Source: Bryobacterales bacterium (GTDB taxonomy: Bacteria; Acidobacteriota; Terriglobia; Bryobacterales; UBA6623). From it: a stretch of 64,000 nt of DNA. The translations under genes and the position numbers were made by a program. Positions 32,218 through 40,772 of the stretch are shown one piece after another. Under the pieces are notes generated by a model. It was not told the origin of the DNA, ran no database searches, and saw only the letters and a list, made by a program, of their open reading frames with translations. The stretch covers positions 34,761 to 98,760 of the forward strand of contig CBDDCH010000001.1 of the NCBI GenBank assembly GCA_965226215.1. Direction: 5' to 3'. Within the stretch, counting starts at the first letter, position 1, and every line of letters starts with the position of its first letter.

Positions 32218-32520
32218 ATGAAAAGCGGGCACAATTCGGGCACAGCGGCAGCGGAAACCCCTGTCAATAGCGGCCCAGCTCGCGGGACAGCGGTTCAGAT
32301 ATCCGTTGCTCCCGTCCGGCTGCTGGACCTGAGGGCGGCTGCCGCCTACATAGGCCTAAGTTATTGGACGTTGAGAGATATGACACTTAGCGGGATACTG
32401 CCGACGGTCAAGATTCCCTGCCCACGCGCCCGCGATGGCCGCGTTATCCGACGGGTTCTGATCGACCGGCAGGACTTGGACCGATTCATCGAGGCCAACA
32501 AAGAGAGTGAGCCCTTATGA
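32218..32520 (+). CDS. Excisionase/AlpA-like HTH protein, copy 2
   Basis: Clear paralog of 27077..27415. Confidence 0.8.
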   Translation: MKSGHNSGTAAAETPVNSGPARGTAVQISVAPVRLLDLRAAAAYIGLSYWTLRDMTLSGILPTVKIPCPRARDGRVIRRVLIDRQDLDRFIEANKESEPL

Positions 32521-32951
32521 AGCAAAGGGTGCTGAGAAAGCCTAGGAAAACAGGCCGACAAGGTGGCCAACGGGGGAACGTTAACGCCGTGAAGCACGGG
32601 GCTTACATCGACATATCGACGATCGACGGACGGACGCGCCATGCGCGATGGAAGCGAGAGCGCACGGAGTCATACATAGCGCATCTTGGCGGCAATCCTT
32701 CAACGGCTGAGGGGGCGCTTATCGACCGAATCGTAGCGAAGGAATGGAAGTGCACTCAAATGGAAGAGGCGATGGCCAGGGGGGATAAAGTGGCTGCCGA
32801 GCATTACATTAGTTGGGCGAATTCGTTGAGGCTTGACCTAGCGCAGCTTGGCCTTGCGAGGCGCCAGCCGCCAGCGATGGACCTGCAGGCCTATTTGCGA
32901 CAGCGCGAGAAGGCAGAGAGCAAGCTGCCGACGGGAGGGACCCTCGTCTGA
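32517..32951 (+). CDS. Phage-type protein, possibly small-terminase-related
   Basis: GGQRGNVNAVKHG motif; lies upstream of the large terminase. Confidence 0.45.
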   Translation: MKQRVLRKPRKTGRQGGQRGNVNAVKHGAYIDISTIDGRTRHARWKRERTESYIAHLGGNPSTAEGALIDRIVAKEWKCTQMEEAMARGDKVAAEHYISWANSLRLDLAQLGLARRQPPAMDLQAYLRQREKAESKLPTGGTLV

Positions 32952-33288
32952 GCCGCCAGCAACGCCACTCGCAAAGCCGGAGGTTCAGCAGTGCAACCCC
33001 TGGGGCGACAGTAAACGTTGAGTCGCGCGGGGTCCCAGCATCACCAGATCTCGATGAGGCGCGGCTTGGAATCGAGGGCGCCACGGGGAGAGCTGGACGC
33101 GAAGCCGGGGCGTTGCGTCAAGCCAGGGTACGCGCTACCGAGGCCAATGCGAGATGCCAAAACGTGCGAAGGTTGGCCGAACTACGAGCCGAGCATGAGC
33201 CGAGCGGGCCGAGCTCGCCAAGCAGAGAGAAGAGAAGCAATAACGTATACCAAGTGGCGCTCGATCGATTCAACAAGGCTGTGGGCCG

Positions 33289-34705
33289 ATGACCATTATC
33301 GACTTCGCCACAGACCCCGGATTGCTCAACCTGTCGCTGAGCGATGCCCAGCGGACCGTACTGAAGGCGTTCTACGGCGAGCCGCTGGGAGATGCCGAAG
33401 CCGCGATGTTCGAGGAACTCGCTGGACGGCCTTACGAGCAAGAGCCGCACTCCGAGTTGACCTACATTGCGGGCGCGAGAAGCGGCAAGGATTCCCGTAT
33501 CGCTCTTGCGATTGCGCTGTACGAGGCGTTCGGTAGGGACCACCGCTACCTTGCGCCGGGAGAGAAGGGCTACGTCCTGATCGTCGCGCAAGACCAGAGG
33601 GGCGGACAGATTGCTCTCGGTTACATCCGGGCAGCCATCGAGGGATCGGACTTGCTGCGGTCACAGGTGCTCGAAACTCGCAAGCTCGAAATTGAGCTCA
33701 AAAACAACTTGGTGATTGCGGTCTACCCGTGCTCTTATCGTGCCCCTCGTGGGATCACGGTTCTCTGTGGCATCGCGGATGAGGTGGCGTTCTGGCGTGA
33801 CGAAAACTCAAGCAATTCCGACGTGGAAATCATCCGCACGATGCGGCGGGGCATGGCGAACGTGCCGGACGCGAAGCTGGTTAAAATCTCTACGCCCTAC
33901 GCCAAGGCCGGCGTGCTATGGGATGACTTCCGGCGCCGTCATGAGTTGCCGGAAGTGTTGGTGGTTTCAGGCTCCGACGTGGGTGATGAATCCGTCGATC
34001 TCCGAGCGATTCCTGGAGCGCGAGCGCGATAAAGACCCGGAAGCCTACCAGCGAGAGTATGGCGCTCAGTTTTCGGACAGCATTTCCTCGTTTCTTTCGA
34101 GAGAAGCAATAGACGCCTGTGTTGTCGAGGGCCGCCGCGAACTGCCGCCTGTCGGGGGAATTACCTACTCTGCCTTCGTTGATCCGTCGGGCGGGAGCAA
34201 GGACAGCATGACGCTCGCTGTCGCGCACCGAGACGGCGGGCGTGGTGTATTGGATTGCTTGCGGGAGCGCAAGCCGCCGTTTTCTCCCGAGTCTGTGGTC
34301 CAGGAGTTTGCCGACGTTCTCAAGAGCTATCGCAGCTCAACCGTCACAGGTGACCGCTACGCGGGTGAGTGGCCGCGAGAGCGTTTTCGGGTTCACGGCA
34401 TCAACTACCAGATTGCCGAGAAAAACCGCAGCGAGTTGTATCTGGAGCTACTGCCAGCCATCAATTCGGAGACCATCGAGTTACTCGACAACCAGCGGTT
34501 CGTCTCGCAGCTAGTGGGCTTGGAGCGGCGCACTTCGCGTGCGGGAAAGGATTCGGTGGACCACGGACCCGGCGCGCATGACGACCTGGCGAATGCGGCG
34601 GCGGGGGCGCTGACCCTGGTAGACCAGAGAGTCAGGTGGGGGCCAGTTTATGAGCGCGGGGAAGAGAAGCCATCGCCCGAAGAGTATTTCTACGAGATCT
34701 CATGA
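33289..34705 (+). pseudogene. Terminase large subunit, frameshifted near 33960
   Basis: Walker A-like AGARSGKD, IADEVAF, ISTP in the first frame; APTWVMNP, REYGAQF, VDPSGG, GDRYAG, HDDLANA in the next frame. Confidence 0.85.
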
Positions 34706-34861
34706 CGTTCTCAATTGACTCAATCGTTATCGGCAGGCGACGAAGCCGCAAACAACTGGGTGATGTTGAAGGCTTGGCGAGCAGTATTCGTGATCTAGGG
34801 CTGCTTCACCCGATTGTCTTGGACGACGAACATCACTTGATTGCTGGCTGCCGCTTCATAA
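34702..34861 (+). pseudogene. Truncated ParB-N fragment (paralog of 28029)
   Basis: IDSIVIG..R...GDVEGLASSIRDLGLLHPIVLD..LIAG; similarity ends just before the MITE. Confidence 0.75.
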
Positions 34862-34869
34862 TGAATTCA

Positions 34870-35146
34870 AGTTGGGTATCCACTTCATTCAGGTACACCC
34901 TATGGGTTGTGGCCTCGCGGCTCCGGAACAGGAATGTGAGATTGCGAGAATCGTGCGAGTGGCCGCCAAGCCGACCCACACGCGAATTCATTGCGGTGGC
35001 AGCCTTCGGGCGGCAACTCCGAGAATCGGACGCGCTACGCAGCCCCACGCCGCGCCAGAGCAGTAACCTCGGGATTCGCTTCTTGGTAGATGCTTTCGCG
35101 CGACCACAACATCTTGTGGCTGCCTGAGTCAAATGGATACCCCACT
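34870..35146. mobile_element. 277-bp non-autonomous IS1595-type MITE
   Basis: Ends AGTTGGGTATCCACTTCATTCAGG and CCTGAGTCAAATGGATACCCCACT resemble the IS1595 TIRs. 8-bp TSD TGAATTCA at 34862-34869 and 35147-35154. Confidence 0.85.
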
Positions 35147-35154
35147 TGAATTCA

Positions 35155-35653
35155 ATGAAAGCAAGTGTCCCAAATGTCCCACTTAAAAAAAGGGGCGGCA
35201 GGCGTGCTGAATTCACACAAGCTCAAGTGGAGCGTGCGCTCACCGCGGCCGGCGGGCTTGTTACGTCCGCAGCGAAGCGTTTAGGCTGCGACCCCAAGAC
35301 GGTTTATCGGTAACATCGAGCGGTTTCCAGCGCTTAGGGACGTGCTGGGGGCGGCCCGCGAAAGCTCGGTTGACTTGGCCGAGTCCGAACTTATGAAAGC
35401 CATCAGGGCAGGCAACATGACGGCGATTATTTTCTTCCTCAAGACGCAGGGCCGGTCTCGCGGCTACGTCGAGCGCAGCGACCACGATTTCACAGCTAGC
35501 GGCATGCCTTCCAGGATGCGGACTCCGATGAGAAACCCAATCCGCTTCGCGTCCGACTTCACTAAGTGGGTACGCCATGTGCTTCAAGATTTCGACCCGG
35601 ATTCTGAGAGTTCTTGCGTGGGCCTTCGAGAAAGCGCACGAGGGAGGCGCTAG
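35155..35653 (+). pseudogene. Phage HTH / small-terminase-like protein, frameshifted near 35312
   Basis: ALTAAGGLVTSAAKRLGCDPKTVYR, then after a one-base shift IERFP...VDLAESELMKAIRAGNMTAIIFFLKTQGRSRGYVER. Confidence 0.7.
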
Positions 35654-35694
35654 ATCAGCTTGCTGAAAAAATGGCCCAAGCGAGGAGCGGACTC

Positions 35695-36258
35695 TCAGAA
35701 CCCTGTGATTTCGTTGAGTTTGAATCTTTCGCCGCGACAGAAGCATACGGCTTTGAATTTCCACGTGCCGCCCGGCTCCAGTCCATTGACGTTCGCCATC
35801 GCTGAACCCACCTGGTCGCCCTGGCTGTCGTAGAGCCGAAAGGTCACTTGAACGTAGCTGTAGGTTCGCTTCGTGTTGTTCCTGATTCGCCCCACTACCT
35901 CAGTCAAGGACTCTTTCTTTATGCCTTTTGATTCAATAAGCTCCAGATCTTCTCTGTCAACTCCGGGCTGCTCGTAATGCCGTTCCGCTTGTCGCATCGC
36001 GGCCCTAAGCCTTTTCTCTGCCTCGGCCTCGGCGCGCTGCTCCGCAGTAGTTGGGCGCTCAGTCGGCTTCTCGTCTTCCGGTTCCGGATCAGGCGCCACC
36101 GCCACTAGAATCACTAGCCCTACGAAGATTCCGAGTGTCCACTTCCACCAGGCGCTCTTCTTGCGCTTAACTGGAACCGCAGATTGGATCTTCTTGCCAC
36201 ACACGTCGCAGAACTCGGCATCGCCTGGGACCTCTTTCCCGCAGTGCTCGCAATACAC
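35695..36258 (-). CDS. Zinc-ribbon + TM + FxLYD-domain protein
   Basis: MYCEHCG...FCDVCG, a TM helix, VGRIRNNT..YSYVQVTFRLYD...LEPGGTWKF. Confidence 0.85.
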   Translation of the reverse strand: MYCEHCGKEVPGDAEFCDVCGKKIQSAVPVKRKKSAWWKWTLGIFVGLVILVAVAPDPEPEDEKPTERPTTAEQRAEAEAEKRLRAAMRQAERHYEQPGVDREDLELIESKGIKKESLTEVVGRIRNNTKRTYSYVQVTFRLYDSQGDQVGSAMANVNGLEPGGTWKFKAVCFCRGERFKLNEITGF

Positions 36259-36411
36259 CGTTCACCTCCGTGGTGCCCAGAAATCCGATTTCCAACGCAC
36301 AAGGGCTCGACGTCCCGACACGTTGAGGTCGTGTTTTGGTTGAATGCTAGGTATAGTCCGTCTAGTTATATTCTGTAGATCTTTAGGCATCATACTCCCA
36401 GACTGGGGGGA

Positions 36412-36696
36412 GTGCAACATGCTGACAGGCGCCGTGAGCTTCTAGAGGGGCTGGGACGGAGAATTCGTGAGTTTCGCAGTAAGCGCGGGTGGTCCCAGGA
36501 GGACCTAGCCGACACCTGCGGGCTGCACCGGACCTACATTGGATCGGTGGAACGCGGTGAGAGTAACGTGACCATTGTCAGCCTCGATACACTAGTCCAG
36601 GCATTAGATGTGTCCCTCGCGGAAACCCTGGCAGGATTGGGTCCGACCGACCCGGGGCGGTCGACACCTTCAAGAAGAAGTCGCACCACGAGATGA
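36412..36696 (+). CDS. XRE-family HTH transcriptional regulator
   Basis: GRRIREFRSKRGWSQEDLADTCGLHRTYIGSVERGESN. Confidence 0.9.
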   Translation: MQHADRRRELLEGLGRRIREFRSKRGWSQEDLADTCGLHRTYIGSVERGESNVTIVSLDTLVQALDVSLAETLAGLGPTDPGRSTPSRRSRTTR

Positions 36697-36830
36697 CCAG
36701 CCCTCGACTTGCTGCTTCAGCCTCCGGATGCGAGAGGCGACAAGCAGCGCTGGATGACGGGAAGGGAACTTTCATTCCCCAGCCGGCGAAATCACGTTAA
36801 GTGGCTTTGTTGGAGTGTGTTACGGGCCAG

Positions 36831-37097
36831 CAGCCGATGATTGATGGTGGTAAGGCGATATCCCGACAGGTATCCGCGGACGAGCCCTACGTAGTTCTTT
36901 CGGGGGACTTAGTCCTGTCCGCGGTGTTCGAACTCGGTGAACCAGTTTTGCATGACGCGAACGGTCTTGGAGCTTTCTTTAACCCGCTCCGCTAGAACAA
37001 AGCCTTCGCCGTCATGCGTGACATCGTACGTGAAGGTCGTGTCGGCGCGGTCGTGGGTGAAAGCACCTCGGAATAAAACCGAGCCCTTCAGACTCAA
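36831..37097 (-). pseudogene. 3' stub A of a Ser/Thr kinase-beta-propeller gene plus conserved downstream sequence
   Basis: YDVTHDGEGFVL...VRVMQNWFTEFEHRGQD*; DNA at 36845-36962 aligns with 44730-44848 and 48098-48216. Confidence 0.75.
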
Positions 37098-37311
37098 AAA
37101 GCGTCTTCTGGAAACCCACCGTCAGTGACGGCATCGTCGAAATGATGCCGGCGCCTATCACTACCGCATCAGCAGTTTTCCGCATGAGCAACTATCCTTG
37201 CGCCTCTTTACGCGAACGTGCATGCCGGTATACGATGGTCTACCGTTTACGACGTGAAACGAGTGACACAACCCTACGTGGCCTAGAGAACTCCAAGGCT
37301 GGAAGCCTATA

Positions 37312-39066
37312 ATGCCTGACGCTGAAACTGACCCGGTTTTGTTCGAGGTGATTCGAAACGCGCTGGTCGAGGCGGCGGAGGAAATGTCGGTCTCTTTGCG
37401 GAGGACCGCCTACTCCACGAATATCAAGACGCGCCTCGACTATTCCTGTGCCTTCGTTGACGCCGCGGGCCGCATGGTGGCGCAAGCTTTTTGCCAGCCG
37501 GCGCATCTCGTGACGACCGGACGCATTGTTCCCCGTGCCGTACGCGAGTATGGTCCCGAGAACCTCGAGTCCGGAGACGGACTACTGGTGAACGATCCCC
37601 ACCGCCAAGCCAGCCATTTGAACGACATCTTTCTCATCTCACCTTTTTTCCATGAAGGCAAGTTGATCGGCTACGTGGCGAACACCTGCCATCACGTCGA
37701 CGTAGGCGGCGGCGCTCCAGCCAGCATTGGAGTGTTTCGCGAGATCTATCAAGAGGGATTCATCCTCCCGGTTGTGAAGCTCCTCTCTCGCGGAGAAGTT
37801 GTAGAAGACGTCTTGAAAATGTTTCTGGCAAACGTACGGGCTGGCAAGGAAGTGGCCGGCGATCTGCGGGCACAGATCGCAGCTAACAGAATCGGCATTC
37901 GCCGGCTCGCCCAGCTTTTCGATCGTTACGGTGCCGAGACGCTTCGTCATTACGTCGACCGGCTTATCGACTACAGCGAGCAACGGCTTCGAGCAGAGAT
38001 TCGCGAACTGCCGCAAGGCACGTTCGAGGCCGAAGGCTACCTCGACGACGACGGCATCACGAGAGAGCCAGTCCATCTGAGAGCGAAGGTCACAATCGCG
38101 GGGGATCAGGCAACTTTTGACTTCACTGGAACGGACCCGCAGAGACCTGCGCCGATGAATTGCAATCTGACGCAGACCTTCACCGCCTGCGTGTTTGTGT
38201 TGAAGTGTCTGACGGACCCGGATATTCCGCTCAATGAGGGCTTCTACCAACCGATTCACGTCATTGCGCCCCAAGGTCTGGCGGTCAACCCGAGACCGCC
38301 GACGGCGATTGTGGGAGGTTGGGAAGTCTGCGCACGATTGTGTGAGGTCCTCTTCAAGGCTTTCTCAGCAGTTCTTCCGGAAAAGGTTCCGGCGGGGACC
38401 AAGGGGATGATCTGCCAGATCGGATTCGGCGGCCGCGACCCTCGTAGCGGCGAGTATTACTGCTTCTACGAGACGATGGCGGGAGGTTACGGCGGCCGGC
38501 ACTCATCCGACGGACCCGACGCCGTGCAGACGCACGTCCAGAACACGCAAAACGCCCCCGTGGAAGAGACCGAGCAGAACTACCCTGTGCGCATTATTCG
38601 GTACAGTCTCATCCCTGACTCCGAGGGCCCCGGACGGTTTCGCGGAGGGCTTGGCCTATGCCGCGAATACCAGTTTGTAGATCACGAACCCGTATTCACG
38701 ATCCTCGCTGACCGGGCTAAGTTCCCCCCCTGGGGATTGTTCGGGGGGGGGGATGGAAAGTGCGCTAGATACTCTCTGATCTCGGACGGCGGCGAGAAAG
38801 AGATTGGCTCGAAAACCAGTTTGACCGTCAGGAACGGTGAAAGGATTCGTATGGAGACTTGCGGTGGTGGCGGCTACGGGTCTGCTTGGGAGCGGGATCC
38901 GGAGCGTGTACTGCGGGATGTTCGGGAGGGCAAGGTCAGTGCCCATCGGGCGAGGAGTCGCTATGGGGTTGCGATCGACTCACGTTCAGGGACGATCGAC
39001 TTTGACGAGACAGACCGATTGCGGAGCCGACTTCGATGCAGTTCGATCCCATCCTCTTCGAAGTAA
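37312..39066 (+). CDS. Hydantoinase B / oxoprolinase family, paralog 1
   Basis: EEM...RRTAYSTNIK..LDYSCA, NDPH..SHLND, HHVDVGG, GPGRFRGG, GGGGYG. Confidence 0.93.
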   Translation: MPDAETDPVLFEVIRNALVEAAEEMSVSLRRTAYSTNIKTRLDYSCAFVDAAGRMVAQAFCQPAHLVTTGRIVPRAVREYGPENLESGDGLLVNDPHRQASHLNDIFLISPFFHEGKLIGYVANTCHHVDVGGGAPASIGVFREIYQEGFILPVVKLLSRGEVVEDVLKMFLANVRAGKEVAGDLRAQIAANRIGIRRLAQLFDRYGAETLRHYVDRLIDYSEQRLRAEIRELPQGTFEAEGYLDDDGITREPVHLRAKVTIAGDQATFDFTGTDPQRPAPMNCNLTQTFTACVFVLKCLTDPDIPLNEGFYQPIHVIAPQGLAVNPRPPTAIVGGWEVCARLCEVLFKAFSAVLPEKVPAGTKGMICQIGFGGRDPRSGEYYCFYETMAGGYGGRHSSDGPDAVQTHVQNTQNAPVEETEQNYPVRIIRYSLIPDSEGPGRFRGGLGLCREYQFVDHEPVFTILADRAKFPPWGLFGGGDGKCARYSLISDGGEKEIGSKTSLTVRNGERIRMETCGGGGYGSAWERDPERVLRDVREGKVSAHRARSRYGVAIDSRSGTIDFDETDRLRSRLRCSSIPSSSK

Positions 39067-40772
39067 TTCGTAATTCCTTGGTGGAGGCTACCGAGGAGAT
39101 GTCCGTGTGTCTGCAACGTACCGCATACTCCACGAATATCAAGACGCGCCTCGACTATTCCTGTGCCTTCGTCGACGCGCAGGGCCGCATGGTCGCCCAA
39201 GCGTTCTGCCAGCCGGCTCATCTAGTGACCATTGGTCGCATCGTTCCCCGGGCCGTGGCGGAATACGGGCCCGAAAACCTTGGGCCCGGTGACGGCCTCG
39301 TCGTTAACGATCCCCACCGCCAAGCCAGCCATTTGAACGACATCTTTCTCATCTCACCTTTTTTCCATGAAGGCAAGTTGATCGGCTACGTAGCGAACAC
39401 CTGCCACCATGTGGATGTCGGCGGAGGCGCTCCGGCGAGCATTGGGGCCTTCCAGGAAATTTACCAGGAAGGGGTCGTCCTTCCTGTCGTCAAGCTCCTC
39501 TCAGAAGGCTCGCTGGTTACAGACATATTCAAGATGCTCGTGGCCAACGTGCGGGCGAAGAAAGAGGTGGCGGGTGACTTACGGGCGCAGATTGCGGCCA
39601 ACGGGATCGGCATTCGAAGGCTGACTCACCTACTCGAACGCCACGGGACCAAGACGATCCGTTTCTACATCGACAGGCTGATCGAATACAGCGAGCAGCG
39701 GACTAGGGACCAGGTTCGCAAACTACCGGCGGGGAGTTTCGAGGCAGAAGGCTTTCTAGACGACGACGGAATTACAGACCGGCCTGTTCGTCTGAAGGCT
39801 CGAGTGACGGTGGACGACGGGCAGGTGACCTTCGACTTCACCGGCACCGACGCCCAAAGACCGGCGCCGATGAATTGCAACCTGACGCAGACGTTCACAG
39901 CTTGCGTCTACGTACTGAAGTGTCTCGTGGATTCGGACATTCCGCTCAATGAGGGCTTCTACCAACCGATTCACGTCATTGCGCCCCAAGGTTTGGCGGT
40001 CAACCCGAGACCGCCGACGGCGATTGTGGGAGGCTGGGAAGTCTGCGCACGATTGTGTGATGTCCTCTTCAAGGCTTTCTCAGCAGTTCTTCCGGAAAAG
40101 GTTCCGGCGGGGACCAAGGCGATGATCTGCCACGCCGGTTTCGGGGGCATCGATCCGCGGACCCATCAATACTACTGCTTCCTTGAGACCTTGGCCGGAG
40201 GTTATGGCGGCCGGATTCGCTCCGACGGACCCGACGCCGTGCAGACGCACGTCCAGAACACGCAAAACGCCCCCGTGGAAGAGACCGAACAGAACTACCC
40301 GGTCCGCATCACCCGCTACAGCTTGATACCGGATTCGGACGGCCCCGGCCGTTTTCGAGGAGGGTTGGGCCTATGCCGCGAATATCTGTTTGTAGATCAC
40401 GAACCCGTATTCACGATCCTCGCTGACCGGGTTAAGTTCCCCCCCTGGGGATTGTTCGGGGGGGGGGATGGAAAGTGCGCTAAATACTCTCTGATCTCGG
40501 ACGGCGGCGAGAAAGAGATTGGCTCGAAAACCAGTTTGACCGTCAGGAACGGTGAAAGGATTCGTATGGAGACTTGCGGTGGTGGCGGCTACGGCCCTGC
40601 TTGGGAGCGGGATCCGGAGCGTGTACTCCGGGATGTTCGGGAGGGCAAGGTCAGCCGGTCCAGGGCGAGAGAGTGCTACGGGGTCGCAATCGATCCGAAG
40701 CATCCAGTCATCGACCAAGAAGAAACGGAACGGCTTCGGTCGGCACTCGAGCGAGAGGCAACCGGGCGATGA
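39036..40772 (+). CDS. Hydantoinase B / oxoprolinase family, paralog 2
   Basis: Close paralog of 37312..39066. Confidence 0.93.
   Translation: MQFDPILFEVIRNSLVEATEEMSVCLQRTAYSTNIKTRLDYSCAFVDAQGRMVAQAFCQPAHLVTIGRIVPRAVAEYGPENLGPGDGLVVNDPHRQASHLNDIFLISPFFHEGKLIGYVANTCHHVDVGGGAPASIGAFQEIYQEGVVLPVVKLLSEGSLVTDIFKMLVANVRAKKEVAGDLRAQIAANGIGIRRLTHLLERHGTKTIRFYIDRLIEYSEQRTRDQVRKLPAGSFEAEGFLDDDGITDRPVRLKARVTVDDGQVTFDFTGTDAQRPAPMNCNLTQTFTACVYVLKCLVDSDIPLNEGFYQPIHVIAPQGLAVNPRPPTAIVGGWEVCARLCDVLFKAFSAVLPEKVPAGTKAMICHAGFGGIDPRTHQYYCFLETLAGGYGGRIRSDGPDAVQTHVQNTQNAPVEETEQNYPVRITRYSLIPDSDGPGRFRGGLGLCREYLFVDHEPVFTILADRVKFPPWGLFGGGDGKCAKYSLISDGGEKEIGSKTSLTVRNGERIRMETCGGGGYGPAWERDPERVLRDVREGKVSRSRARECYGVAIDPKHPVIDQEETERLRSALEREATGR

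Larger units (their letters stand above)
23740..36828. mobile_element. Degenerate integrative satellite/prophage-like element next to tRNA-Arg
   Basis: Integrase, HTH genes, primase/helicase, ori-like repeats and terminase genes. The right boundary is uncertain: only an 8-bp TACGGGCC match at 36821-36828. Confidence 0.75.
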
